From the NCBI GenBank assembly GCA_945971355.1, contig CAMFPD010000001.1:1-47276 (forward strand): a stretch of DNA of 47,276 bases, given 5' to 3'. The notes under the pieces were generated by a model. That model did no database searches. It was not told the origin of the DNA and saw nothing but the letters and a program-made list of their open reading frames with translations. Within the stretch, counting starts at the first letter, position 1. Each line of letters opens with the position of its first letter. The translations under genes were made by a program, and so were the position numbers. This stretch comes from an uncultured Lachnobacterium sp. Its GTDB lineage: Bacteria; Bacillota; Clostridia; Lachnospirales; Lachnospiraceae. Positions 30,640 to 40,660 of this stretch are shown one piece after another.

Positions 30640-31545
30640 ATGGCAATACTTGCAAATGTGATGTCAACAGAAGCTGAGCAGGTGGCGGAAGCTGCCAAGA
30701 ATGTTGCTACAGATGTTGTTGAAAATCCAGGTGTTATAAAACAGTACCTGGAAAAATTTCTTCCTTCAGTACTTAGCTTTGCAATTCAGGTTGTAGTGGC
30801 AATAGTGGTTCTTGTGATCGGAACAAGAATTATTAAGGGCATTGTGAAAATGCTGAAGAAGGGATTTGCCCGTAGAAATATGGAGTTAGGTGTGTCTAAC
30901 TTTTTAGCAAATCTGATTCAGTATGTTCTATATTTTATATTGATAATGATGATTTTATCCTGGTTTGGTGTTGCAACAGGCTCTGTGGTTGCTATGCTTG
31001 GTTCTGCTGGACTTACAATTGGTTTAGCATTGCAAGGCAGCTTGGCAAACTTTGCAGGTGGTGTTTTAATTCTTATATTAAAACCATTTAAAGTAGGGGA
31101 TTATGTCTCTGTAAACGGTGATACAGTTATGGGAACTGTAATGGAAATTACTATGTTCTACACCAAAATCAGTAGTGATGATAATAAGGTGGTTCATATA
31201 CCTAATGGTACACTGGCAGACTCAAATATCACTAACTTTACCATGATGGATAAGCGAAGAATAGATGTGTCCGTGGGAGTTGCATACGAGTCTGATTTGG
31301 CTAAGGTTAAGGCTGTGCTTACTGAGGTGGTTGAAAGTCAGGAATTAGTCTTGAAGGAAGAGCCGATAAATGTATTTGTCAAGGAACTTGGCGATAGTGC
31401 GGTTGAAATGGGCATAAGAGTATGGGTTAAGAATCAGGATTTCTGGCCAACAAAGTGGAAGCTTACGGAGGAAATAAAACTGGCTCTGGATAAAAACAAT
31501 ATCTCTATACCATATCCACAAATGGATATAACTGTGAAAAAATAA
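30640..31545 (+). CDS. mscS: Small-conductance mechanosensitive channel
   Basis: Three TMs, IGLALQGSLANFAGG, KPFKVGD, IPNG, IPYPQ. Confidence 0.95.
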   Translation: MAILANVMSTEAEQVAEAAKNVATDVVENPGVIKQYLEKFLPSVLSFAIQVVVAIVVLVIGTRIIKGIVKMLKKGFARRNMELGVSNFLANLIQYVLYFILIMMILSWFGVATGSVVAMLGSAGLTIGLALQGSLANFAGGVLILILKPFKVGDYVSVNGDTVMGTVMEITMFYTKISSDDNKVVHIPNGTLADSNITNFTMMDKRRIDVSVGVAYESDLAKVKAVLTEVVESQELVLKEEPINVFVKELGDSAVEMGIRVWVKNQDFWPTKWKLTEEIKLALDKNNISIPYPQMDITVKK

Positions 31546-31564
31546 TAATTTTTTGACAAATACG

Positions 31565-31593
31565 TTGACACTTTTGGTTAAATGTGCTAGTCT
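31565..31593 (+). promoter_or_regulatory. SigA-type promoter of the cold-shock gene
   Basis: TTGACA-17 bp-TAGTCT with extended TG. Confidence 0.65.
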
Positions 31594-31649
31594 ACATAAA
31601 GTGGGAAGCCACAGAACAAATGTTTTTTGTATTTAGGAGGAAGTTATTT

Positions 31650-31853
31650 ATGCAACAGGGAACAGTAAAATGGTTCAACGCAAAAAAGGGATATGGATTT
31701 ATTTCTGATGAGGGTGGAAATGAGATTTTTGTACATTTCTCAGCACTCAATATGGAAGGATTCAAGGAGCTTAAAGATGGCGAGAAGGTTGAATTCGAAG
31801 TAATAGACGGAGAAAAAGGTCCACAGGCTTCAAACGTTAGTCGTATTGCATAG
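31650..31853 (+). CDS. cspA: Cold-shock protein
   Basis: [15 protein letters not shown] (RNP1), FVHFS (RNP2); ATG 31650 follows AGGAGG. Confidence 0.96.
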   Translation: MQQGTVKWFNAKKGYGFISDEGGNEIFVHFSALNMEGFKELKDGEKVEFEVIDGEKGPQASNVSRIA

Positions 31854-31879
31854 TCTGACTGACATATATGTGAAATTAT

Positions 31880-31910
31880 AACCCCGAACAGTAGTGTTCG
31901 GGGTTGTTTT
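31880..31910 (+). terminator. Rho-independent terminator
   Basis: AACCCCGAACA-GTAG-TGTTCGGGGTT-GTTTT. Confidence 0.8.
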
Positions 31911-31975
31911 GTGTTATAATATTAACGTTTCCGACTTTTGGTGGGAGATAGCTTGATTTTGGAGGAAATAATTTA

Positions 31976-34915
31976 ATGAATTTGAATAATCTTAAAGCAT
32001 ATGAAATCATTGAGGAACGGGAAATATCTGATGTAAAATCCATGGGATATATTCTGCGCCATAAGAAGAGTGGGGCAAGAATTGCAGTTCTTTCAAATGA
32101 TGATGAGAATAAAGTGTTTTATATAGCATTTAGAACAACACCTGAAGATGAGACTGGTGTTCCACATATTATAGAGCATACAACACTGTGCGGCTCAGAG
32201 AAGTTCCCTGTTAAGGATCCGTTTATAGAGCTTGCAAAAGGGTCTCTTAACACATTTTTAAATGCTATGACATATCCTGATAAGACAATGTATCCAATTG
32301 GAAGCTGCAATAATCAGGATTTTAATAATCTGATGGATGTTTATCTGGATGCTGTTTTTCATCCTAATATTGGAAAATATGAGGAGATTTTTAAGCAGGA
32401 GGGATGGCATTATGAATTAGAGTCAGCGGATGCACCTCTTATTATTAATGGAGTAGTGTACAATGAAATGAAAGGAGCGTACTCTTCCCCAGAAGAGGTG
32501 CTTCAGGATCAGATTTATCGTTCACTTTTTCCAGATAACACATACAGCAAGAATTCAGGCGGAAACCCTGCCCATATACCAGAGTTAACCTACAGTGATT
32601 ATCTAGCGTTTTATGAGAAGTATTATCATCCATCAAATTCATATATCTATCTATATGGCGATTGTGATATGGAGGAGAGACTTGATTTTATTGATAAGGA
32701 GTATCTGAGTAAATATGATTATTTGCAGGTTGAATCTGCAATTAACAAACAGGCTCCATTTGATCAGATTAAAGAAGTTGAGGAAGAGTACTCGATTGCA
32801 TCAGATGATTCAGATGAAAATCAGACTTACTTGTCATATAACAGAGTTATTGGAGACAGTTTAGATAAAACATTGTATCAGGCATTTGATATATTGGATT
32901 ATGCTCTGGTGAGTGCACCGGGGGCTCCAGTCAGACAGGCACTTATTGATGCAGGAATAGGCGAGGATGTATATGGTTCTTACGAAGGAGGCGTATGCCA
33001 GCCGGTATTTTCAATTGTTGCGAAAAATGCGAATCCATCTGATAAGGAAAGGTTTGTAGAAATCATTGATAGAACACTTAATGACCTTGTGAAAAATGGT
33101 ATTAACAGGGATTCTCTTCTTGCAGGAATAAACAGTAACGAGTTTAGATTCAGAGAAGCGGATTTTGGTCAGTTCCCTAAGGGGCTTCTGTATGGTATTC
33201 AGTGTATGGACAGCTGGCTTTTCGATGATAATCAGCCATTTCTCCATTTAGAATGTCTGGATACATTTGCGGATCTGAAGAAAAAGCTTGATACAGATTA
33301 TTTCGAAAAAATTGTAAAGGAATATTTGATTGAAAATACTCACGGATCTGTTGTTGTTGTAAAACCAAAGAAGGGAAAAAACAACGAGGTAGAGGAAGCT
33401 CTTAGGGTGAAACTTGATGAGTATAAGGCAAGCCTTTCAGATGAAGAAATAAAGAAGCTGGTGGATGACACAGCACACTTGAAACAGTATCAGGAGGAGC
33501 CATCCTCAGAGGAAGATTTAGCAAAGCTTCCGATGCTTACACGCGATGACATGAGAAAAGAAGCGCTTCCATTTTCTAATATAGAGCATGAGCTGTCATT
33601 AGAAAAAGGTAAAGTAAAAGTAGTTCATCATGACATTGAAGCAAATGGTGTTAATTACATTACACTTATGTTTAATGCCATGGATGAGGAAGAGATTGGC
33701 TATATGGGACTTTTATCTGCAGTGCTCAGCTATGTAGATACAAAAAATTATGGCTTTGCAGATTTGTCAAATGCAATAAATATATACACAGGTGGAATAT
33801 CAACAGGAGCATCTGTACATCCAAACTTAAAGGATTCAGACAAGTTAATTGTAAACTATGAGGTGAGAATCAAGGTTTTGGAAGAAAATCTTGACAATGC
33901 ACTTTCACTTGTTAATGAGATTATCCTTAATTCAAAGTTTGACGATATAAAGCGACTTCATGAGATTGTGGCACAGACTAAGGCAAGACTTCAGTCATCC
34001 TTGAGTAGTGCAGGACATACAGTTGCATCTATGAGGAGTATGTCTAAATTTTCAAAGTACGCTTACTATCAGGATGCTCTGCATGGAATTGAGTACTATA
34101 ATTTTATCAGCAAAATTGAGACTCAGTTAAAAAATGATTCAGAATGCGTAGTTAATAGCATAAGAGCAATGGTAGATAAGCTCTTTACAACAGATAGACT
34201 TTTGGTAAGTTTTACAGGAAATTCCGAAAGCTATAAAAAAGCTGAAAGTATTCTATCTGAATATTTGTCGAAACTTAATGGATGTGGTATTGCATCTGAA
34301 CTTAAATCTTATGCGTCGTCTCTTAAATTTGAGCAGAAAAATGAAGGCTTTATGGATGCATCACAGATTCAGTATGTGGCAAGGACTGGTAATTTTGTAA
34401 AGAATGGTTTTGAGTATTCAGGAGTGCTCAGATTATTGAAAATTATTTTAAGCTATGATTATCTGTGGATAAATGTGCGAGTGAAAGGTGGCGCATATGG
34501 ATGTATGACAGCTTTCCTTAGAAGTGGAGAGTCATATTTTGTATCTTATAGAGATCCAAATCTGAAGGCTACCAATGAGGTGTATGAGAAAATTCCAGAG
34601 TATATCAGAAATTTCTCACCGGACGAGAGGGATATGACAAAGTATATTATAGGAACCTTCAGTGCCCTTGACACACCACTTAATCCAGAGGCAAAGGGAA
34701 GCCGCTCTATGTCAGCATATCTTGAAGGTATTGAGTTTGAGCAGGTACAGAGAGAACGTGATCAGATTTTAAACGCAAAGAAAGAGGATATCAATGCATT
34801 GGCTGATTTAGTGCAGTCCATTCTCGATGATAACAATTTATGTGTTATCGGAAATGAAAATGCAGTGAAGGAAGCTGCTGATATTTTTGATGTAACTGAG
34901 AAACTATATAGCTAA
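31976..34915 (+). CDS. M16C insulinase-family zinc metallopeptidase (PreP-like)
   Basis: Inverted zinc motif HIIEH, FLNAMTYPDKT, GVVYNEMKG, RVKGGAYG, SYRDPN. Confidence 0.94.
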   Translation: MNLNNLKAYEIIEEREISDVKSMGYILRHKKSGARIAVLSNDDENKVFYIAFRTTPEDETGVPHIIEHTTLCGSEKFPVKDPFIELAKGSLNTFLNAMTYPDKTMYPIGSCNNQDFNNLMDVYLDAVFHPNIGKYEEIFKQEGWHYELESADAPLIINGVVYNEMKGAYSSPEEVLQDQIYRSLFPDNTYSKNSGGNPAHIPELTYSDYLAFYEKYYHPSNSYIYLYGDCDMEERLDFIDKEYLSKYDYLQVESAINKQAPFDQIKEVEEEYSIASDDSDENQTYLSYNRVIGDSLDKTLYQAFDILDYALVSAPGAPVRQALIDAGIGEDVYGSYEGGVCQPVFSIVAKNANPSDKERFVEIIDRTLNDLVKNGINRDSLLAGINSNEFRFREADFGQFPKGLLYGIQCMDSWLFDDNQPFLHLECLDTFADLKKKLDTDYFEKIVKEYLIENTHGSVVVVKPKKGKNNEVEEALRVKLDEYKASLSDEEIKKLVDDTAHLKQYQEEPSSEEDLAKLPMLTRDDMRKEALPFSNIEHELSLEKGKVKVVHHDIEANGVNYITLMFNAMDEEEIGYMGLLSAVLSYVDTKNYGFADLSNAINIYTGGISTGASVHPNLKDSDKLIVNYEVRIKVLEENLDNALSLVNEIILNSKFDDIKRLHEIVAQTKARLQSSLSSAGHTVASMRSMSKFSKYAYYQDALHGIEYYNFISKIETQLKNDSECVVNSIRAMVDKLFTTDRLLVSFTGNSESYKKAESILSEYLSKLNGCGIASELKSYASSLKFEQKNEGFMDASQIQYVARTGNFVKNGFEYSGVLRLLKIILSYDYLWINVRVKGGAYGCMTAFLRSGESYFVSYRDPNLKATNEVYEKIPEYIRNFSPDERDMTKYIIGTFSALDTPLNPEAKGSRSMSAYLEGIEFEQVQRERDQILNAKKEDINALADLVQSILDDNNLCVIGNENAVKEAADIFDVTEKLYS

Positions 34916-34950
34916 TATGAGATTAAAACAAAATTTAAACAGGAGAGAAA

Positions 34951-35862
34951 ATGGCAGATAATTTCAAGTCAGGATTTGTAACAATAATTGGAAGACCAAA
35001 TGTGGGAAAATCCACACTAATGAACAGACTTATTGGACAGAAAATTGCTATTACATCCAATAAACCACAGACGACCAGAAATAGAATTCAGACAGTGTAT
35101 ACGGATATGGAAAAGGGACAGATTATCTTCCTTGATACACCAGGTATTCATAAGGCAAAAAACAAGCTTGGTGAGTATATGGTTAATGTGGCTGAGAGAA
35201 CATTGGACGAAGTTGATGTGATTATGTGGATTGTTGAACCAACAAATTTTATTGGTGCGGGAGAGATGCACATAGTTGAACAGCTAAAAAAGACCAATAC
35301 ACCGGTTATTCTCATAATAAACAAGATGGATACAATCCAGAAGGAACAGGTGTTAGAGTATATTGATACCTACAGAAAAGTATATGATTTTGCAGAGATA
35401 ATACCCACATCAGCCCTGAGGGGACAGAATATGGATGATGTAATTGATTCGATATTTAAGTATCTGCCATACGGCCCACAGTTCTATGATGAGGATACTG
35501 TGACAGATCAGCCGGAGAGAGCAATTTGTGCTGAGATAATCAGAGAAAAGGCGTTGCATGCGCTAAATGATGAGATACCTCATGGTATAGCAGTAGGTAT
35601 TGATCAGATGAAGCACAGAAAAGGCAAGGGTGGTGGTGTTATGGATATTGATGCCACAATTGTCTGTGAGAGAGATTCCCATAAGGGAATTATCATTGGC
35701 AAACAGGGGGCTATGCTCAAAAAGATTGGAACTAATTCTAGGTATGAGATGGAGAGATTACTGGACTGCAAGGTAAATCTTAAGCTTTGGGTAAAGGTTA
35801 AAAAGGATTGGAGAGACAGTGATTTCTTAATTAAGAATTTTGGATATAGGGAAGATGAATAA
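34951..35862 (+). CDS. era: GTPase Era
   Basis: GRPNVGKS, QTTR, DTPG, NKMD, KH domain GIIIGKQG. Confidence 0.98.
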   Translation: MADNFKSGFVTIIGRPNVGKSTLMNRLIGQKIAITSNKPQTTRNRIQTVYTDMEKGQIIFLDTPGIHKAKNKLGEYMVNVAERTLDEVDVIMWIVEPTNFIGAGEMHIVEQLKKTNTPVILIINKMDTIQKEQVLEYIDTYRKVYDFAEIIPTSALRGQNMDDVIDSIFKYLPYGPQFYDEDTVTDQPERAICAEIIREKALHALNDEIPHGIAVGIDQMKHRKGKGGGVMDIDATIVCERDSHKGIIIGKQGAMLKKIGTNSRYEMERLLDCKVNLKLWVKVKKDWRDSDFLIKNFGYREDE

Positions 35863-35903
35863 TATTTTTCCAGAGGCAAATCCTAATTGAGTGGAGGTGC
35901 CAT

Positions 35904-36074
35904 ATGGAGAAGACCTGGGAAGTTTTTTTGGCGACAGGAAAAGTTACTGATTATTTATCTTACAAGAATTCGCTTGAAATACCTAAAGATGAAGGTAAAG
36001 GAAGAGAGACGGATGTCACAGGCAGAGGTAATGACGGGAATGGTACTGAAAGCCATGCCCATCGGAGACTATGA
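35904..36074 (+). CDS. yqzL: YqzL-family small protein (56 aa; absent from the ORF track), overlapping recO
   Basis: GGAGG RBS; MEKTWEVFLATGKVTDYLSYK matches the W..F..TG...YL.YK pattern; era-yqzL-recO order as in Bacillus. Confidence 0.8.
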   Translation: MEKTWEVFLATGKVTDYLSYKNSLEIPKDEGKGRETDVTGRGNDGNGTESHAHRRL

Positions 36075-36741
36075 CAAAAGAATAACGATTCTTACTAAAG
36101 AACGCGGTAAAATTACAGCTTTTGCCAGAGGTGCCAGAAGGCCAAACAGTCAATTGCTTGCGGCGACAAATCCTTTTTCGTTTGGTGAATTTGAACTTTT
36201 TGAGGGAAAGAGTTCTTACACTGTAACAAAGGCATCCATTTCCAATTATTTCAGGGAACTGACGGAGGATTTGGATGCTACATATATGGGATTCTATTTT
36301 TTAGAATTTGCAGATTTCTATTGTCAGGAGAACAATGATGAGAGAGAAATGCTTAAGCTTTTATATCAGTCATTCAGAGCATTGGCAAGTGAAGCTTATA
36401 ACAATGAACTTGTAAGAGTTATATTTGAGCTTAAGGCATTAACAATAAATGGAGAAGGTCCTACAATGTATAATTGTATGCATTGTAAAAGCAGAGATAA
36501 TCTCCATACTTTTGCAATAAGAAGAGGCGGTATGTTCTGCGATAAGTGTAAGGATAGTGTTCAGGGTTTTCAAATCATGGATGGAACAAAATACGCTATG
36601 CAGTATATTGTCAGCTCTGAAATTGGAAAACTATTTTCATTTACTGTTTCGGATGAGGTTTTGGCAGAGTTGGTAAGTACAATAAGACAATTTGTTGGAC
36701 ATTATGTACATCATAAATTTAATTCAGAAGCATTTTTATGA
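36013..36741 (+). CDS. recO: DNA repair protein RecO
   Basis: GDYDKRITILTKERGKITAFARGAR OB fold, CxxC...CxxC zinc finger; ATG 36013 preferred over TTG 35887. Confidence 0.95.
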   Translation: MSQAEVMTGMVLKAMPIGDYDKRITILTKERGKITAFARGARRPNSQLLAATNPFSFGEFELFEGKSSYTVTKASISNYFRELTEDLDATYMGFYFLEFADFYCQENNDEREMLKLLYQSFRALASEAYNNELVRVIFELKALTINGEGPTMYNCMHCKSRDNLHTFAIRRGGMFCDKCKDSVQGFQIMDGTKYAMQYIVSSEIGKLFSFTVSDEVLAELVSTIRQFVGHYVHHKFNSEAFL

Positions 36742-36751
36742 TAGTTCGCGG

Positions 36752-36780
36752 TTGAAATAGAAAATTGTAAAGTGTATAAT
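36752..36780 (+). promoter_or_regulatory. SigA-type promoter of the lipoprotein gene
   Basis: TTGAAA-17 bp-TATAAT. Confidence 0.7.
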
Positions 36781-36814
36781 AGCAGGTATTGTAGCTGGAA
36801 AATAGGAGGCATAT

Positions 36815-37621
36815 ATGAAGAAGATTTTATCACTTGCACTTACAATGATAATATGTGTTGGAGTATTATTCGGGTGCGGGGCAAATTACGATGCTGAGAA
36901 AAGTACAGTTTATGTACAGAAAAAAGGTAAGATTGTTTCTACAGATGTGGATGAGTTTGATTCAGCAGTATATAGTGAAGCTGAGTTGAAGACTTATATT
37001 GAGGAAACAATTGATTCATACAATGATGCAAATGGAAGTGGAAAAGTAAAATTACAGAATCTCACAGTGGAGGACGGAAAAGCAACACTTACCATTGAGT
37101 ATGCATCAGCAGATGATTATACAAATTTTAATGGAATCCAACTTTTTACAGGTACGATTGCAGAGGCTCTGGCAGCTGGTTATACCTTTGATGGAGATTT
37201 CGCCTGCATAACAGATGGACAGGCAACAGAGAGCAGCTTAAGTGAGTTTAAGAATCAGGATGGTTATAAGGTTTGCATTATAAAGGCGAACACTAATCTG
37301 ACAGTACCTGGAGATGTGAAATATGCATCTGTTGATAATGTAAGTCTTGTAGATAAGAAAACTGTTTCAATAGGAGCTGGAAATAATATTTTTGGAAAAG
37401 CCGAGGAAAGCACAGAGAGTGGCACGGAGGCAGTATCTGGTACAGACAGTGATACCGAGGTGACAACTGAAATCGTTGATGATGGAAGTATCAGTGAGGA
37501 TGAGCTTTTGGAGGTCGGAGAAGAAGAGGAGGTTATAGACTTCGGATTCTCTGAAGAGGAGCCAGCAGGAGAGACTACAAGTACTTATACCAATGTATAT
37601 ACCTATGTTGTGTACAAGTAA
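36815..37621 (+). CDS. Hypothetical acidic lipoprotein
   Basis: MKK plus hydrophobic stretch plus LFGC lipobox; AGGAGG RBS. Confidence 0.85.
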   Translation: MKKILSLALTMIICVGVLFGCGANYDAEKSTVYVQKKGKIVSTDVDEFDSAVYSEAELKTYIEETIDSYNDANGSGKVKLQNLTVEDGKATLTIEYASADDYTNFNGIQLFTGTIAEALAAGYTFDGDFACITDGQATESSLSEFKNQDGYKVCIIKANTNLTVPGDVKYASVDNVSLVDKKTVSIGAGNNIFGKAEESTESGTEAVSGTDSDTEVTTEIVDDGSISEDELLEVGEEEEVIDFGFSEEEPAGETTSTYTNVYTYVVYK

Positions 37622-37751
37622 ACTTCGTCTTATGTATAAGTGTTCTATTATGTAATGGTTAGAACTGTTAAATGGATAAAGAAAAAGATAAGAACATATG
37701 GCTACATATGTGTAAATAAGAGAAAAAGAAAAGAATGTGAGGAAGAAAATT

Positions 37752-39149
37752 ATGGAAAAAACCATGGATAAGATTGTTCAGGTAGCAAAAGCAAGGGGAT
37801 TTGTTTATCCAGGATCAGAGATATATGGTGGTCTTGCAAACACATGGGATTATGGAAATCTTGGTGTAGAGCTTAAGAATAATGTTAAGCGTGCATGGTG
37901 GCAGAAATTCATTCAGGAAAATCCATACAACGTAGGTGTTGACTGTGCGATTCTTATGAACCCACAGACATGGGTTGCATCAGGACATCTCGGAGGTTTC
38001 TCAGATCCACTTATGGATTGTAAAGAATGCCATGAGCGTTTCCGTGCTGATAAAATTATTGAGGATTTTGCATCAGAGAACAATATTGAGCTTAAGTCAT
38101 CAGTTGATGGATGGTCAAATGAAGAGATGGTTGCATTTATCGAGGATAACAATGTACCATGTCCATCATGTGGAAAGCATAACTTCACAGATATCAGACA
38201 GTTCAATCTTATGTTCAAGACATTCCAGGGTGTAACAGAGGATGCAAAGAACACTGTATACTTAAGACCAGAGACTGCTCAGGGTATTTTTGTAAACTTC
38301 AAGAATGTACAGCGTACATCACGTAAGAAGGTTCCATTCGGAATCGGACAGATTGGTAAATCATTCCGTAATGAGATTACACCAGGTAACTTCACTTTCA
38401 GAACACGTGAGTTCGAGCAGATGGAGCTTGAGTTCTTCTGCAAACCAGGAACACAGGATGAGTGGTTCTCATACTGGAGAGGCTTCTGCCGTGACTGGCT
38501 CCTTTCTCTTGGCATAAAAGAGGATGAGATAAGACTTCGTGACCATGATCCAGAGGAACTTTCATTCTACTCTACAGGAACAACTGACATCGAGTTCTTG
38601 TTCCCATTTGGATGGGGAGAGCTTTGGGGAATCGCCAGCCGTACTGACTATGACCTTACACAGCACCAGAATGTATCTGGACAGGATATGACATATTTTG
38701 ATGATGAGATTAATGAGAAATACTTACCATATGTAATTGAGCCATCACTGGGAGCTGACCGTGTGGTTCTTGCATTCTTATGTGCAGCATATGATGAGGA
38801 GAATATAGGAACAGAGGAGAAACCTGACGTTAGAACAGTGTTCCACTTCCATCCAGCACTTGCACCAGTAAAGATTGGTGTGCTTCCACTTTCTAAGAAA
38901 CTCAATGAGGGTGCTGAAAAAGTATTTGCACAGCTTGCAAAGAGATACAACTGTGAATTTGATGACAGAGGAACAATTGGAAAGAGATATCGTCGTCAGG
39001 ATGAAATCGGAACACCATTCTGTGTTACATATGATTTTGATTCAGAGACAGATGGATGTGTTACAGTTCGTGACCGTGACACAATGCAGCAGGAGAGAAT
39101 CAAGATTTCTGACCTGGATGCATACTTCTCAAACAAGTTTGATTGGTAA
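37752..39149 (+). CDS. glyQS: Glycine--tRNA ligase (alpha2 type)
   Basis: [51 protein letters not shown]. Confidence 0.97.
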   Translation: MEKTMDKIVQVAKARGFVYPGSEIYGGLANTWDYGNLGVELKNNVKRAWWQKFIQENPYNVGVDCAILMNPQTWVASGHLGGFSDPLMDCKECHERFRADKIIEDFASENNIELKSSVDGWSNEEMVAFIEDNNVPCPSCGKHNFTDIRQFNLMFKTFQGVTEDAKNTVYLRPETAQGIFVNFKNVQRTSRKKVPFGIGQIGKSFRNEITPGNFTFRTREFEQMELEFFCKPGTQDEWFSYWRGFCRDWLLSLGIKEDEIRLRDHDPEELSFYSTGTTDIEFLFPFGWGELWGIASRTDYDLTQHQNVSGQDMTYFDDEINEKYLPYVIEPSLGADRVVLAFLCAAYDEENIGTEEKPDVRTVFHFHPALAPVKIGVLPLSKKLNEGAEKVFAQLAKRYNCEFDDRGTIGKRYRRQDEIGTPFCVTYDFDSETDGCVTVRDRDTMQQERIKISDLDAYFSNKFDW

Positions 39150-39164
39150 AATGTAATTACGTAT

Positions 39165-39199
39165 AAAGGGATGAGAGAATATAGCTCTCATCCTTTTTT
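39165..39199 (+). terminator. Rho-independent terminator
   Basis: AAAGGGATGAGAG...CTCTCATCCTTT with T-tract. Confidence 0.85.
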
Positions 39200-39272
39200 G
39201 TTGCAAAGAAATCAGGGGGCAAGGTGTATAGGAGCATTTTTGAGATGAGTTCGAAATATGAGTATATAGTAC

Positions 39273-39301
39273 TAGAAAAGAATGTTAAAATAGTGTAAAA
39301 T
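39273..39301 (+). promoter_or_regulatory. Putative SigA-type promoter of the SBP-MCP operon
   Basis: TAGAAA-17 bp-TAAAAT. Confidence 0.4.
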
Positions 39302-39352
39302 ATAACAAAAAAGTAACTATTTTAAACAATATATGAGAGAGAGGGTAAGAAA

Positions 39353-40642
39353 GTGAAGAAAACTATATCAATGATGTTGATTGTGTCAATGTGTGGGGCA
39401 TTGATGACAGGATGTGGGGGTCCTGATGACGGGAATGCAGTGGGAACAGAAGTGGTAGAAGGAACAGAAGCTGTGAATGGCGGTGAGTCAGAAATCGAGT
39501 TGGAGTCCGGCAATATTGAACTGACAGTCTGGTCAGAGGAGTCTAATTTTGACGTGCTGAATCAGATGTTTGAAAGTTTTAAAGAAGAATATGCTGGACA
39601 GGCAACTTTTGAGATTACATTGGAAGATAAGGCAGATTCACAGACAAGGGATAATGTACTTGGTAATGTACTGGAAGCAGCAGATGTATTTCCAATGGCA
39701 GATGACCAGTTATCAAGTCTTGTGGCTGGTGGAGCAGTATGTGCAGTTCCAAATGCCGATGAGATTTCAGCACAGAATATGGAGGGAGCGGTTGAGGCAG
39801 CAAGTATCAATGGGGTGCTGTATGCATATCCATATAGTGCAGATAATGGATATTTCCTATACTACAATAAGAAGTATCTTTCAGAATCTGATGTGGCTAC
39901 CATGGATTCTTTACTAAGTGCAGCCGAGAGTGCTGGCAAAAAAGTTATGATGGATTGGAGTTCTGGGTGGTATACTTATGCTTTCTGGGGCAACACAGGA
40001 CTTGAATTTGGAATAAATGAAGATGGAGTGACAAATTATTGTAACTGGAATACTACTGAAGGTGCGATAACAGGTGTTGATGTAGCTCAGGCAATGCTGG
40101 ATATCGCAAAGAGCCCAGCTTTTCTGAATGCAGGGGACGAAGGCTTTATCGAAGGAATGCAGAATGATACGGTTATAGCAGGTGTAAGTGGTGTTTGGCT
40201 GGCATCTGATGTGATAAGCAATTGGGGAGAGGACTATGGTGCAGTTAAGCTTCCAACATACACAGTTGCAGGACAGCAGTTGCAGATGTCATCGTTTAAA
40301 GGATATAAGATGTATGGGGTAAACCCTTATAGCGAGCACTTGGGATGGGCATTAAAACTGGCAGAGTGGCTTTCTAATGAGCAAAATCAGGTGCTTCGCT
40401 TTGAACAAAAAAGTCAGGGACCGTCGAACAAGAATGCTGCAGCATCTGATGCAGTAGGACAGGTTCCGGCAATTAAGGCGGTTCAAGAACAGGCAGAATT
40501 TGGAGTGCTTCAGCGTGTGGGTAACAGTTTCTGGACACCGACATCAGACTTTGGTAATGCTTTGGCAGAGGGCAATCCAGGAGATCTGCAGGAACTTCTT
40601 GACAAGATGGTAGATGGTATTACACAGTCAGCAGCAAATTAA
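39353..40642 (+). CDS. Sugar solute-binding lipoprotein (maltodextrin/galactooligosaccharide, MalE/MalX/GanS-like)
   Basis: LMTGC lipobox; ADVFPMADDQL, LYAYPYSADNGYFLYYNK, YGAVKLPT, FKGYKMYGVN family-1 SBP motifs. Confidence 0.9.
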   Translation: MKKTISMMLIVSMCGALMTGCGGPDDGNAVGTEVVEGTEAVNGGESEIELESGNIELTVWSEESNFDVLNQMFESFKEEYAGQATFEITLEDKADSQTRDNVLGNVLEAADVFPMADDQLSSLVAGGAVCAVPNADEISAQNMEGAVEAASINGVLYAYPYSADNGYFLYYNKKYLSESDVATMDSLLSAAESAGKKVMMDWSSGWYTYAFWGNTGLEFGINEDGVTNYCNWNTTEGAITGVDVAQAMLDIAKSPAFLNAGDEGFIEGMQNDTVIAGVSGVWLASDVISNWGEDYGAVKLPTYTVAGQQLQMSSFKGYKMYGVNPYSEHLGWALKLAEWLSNEQNQVLRFEQKSQGPSNKNAAASDAVGQVPAIKAVQEQAEFGVLQRVGNSFWTPTSDFGNALAEGNPGDLQELLDKMVDGITQSAAN

Positions 40643-40660
40643 AGTAGGAGGAGTATTATA

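Noticed and set aside
35875-35902. GGCAAA...GGAGGTGCC resembling the start of a c-di-GMP-I riboswitch
   Set aside because: No GNRA/receptor stems or second hairpin; the GGAGG is the yqzL RBS
35887-36012. 42-aa N-terminal extension of RecO in the ORF track
   Set aside because: The RecO fold starts at ATG 36013; the region is better explained by the YqzL-like gene in another frame
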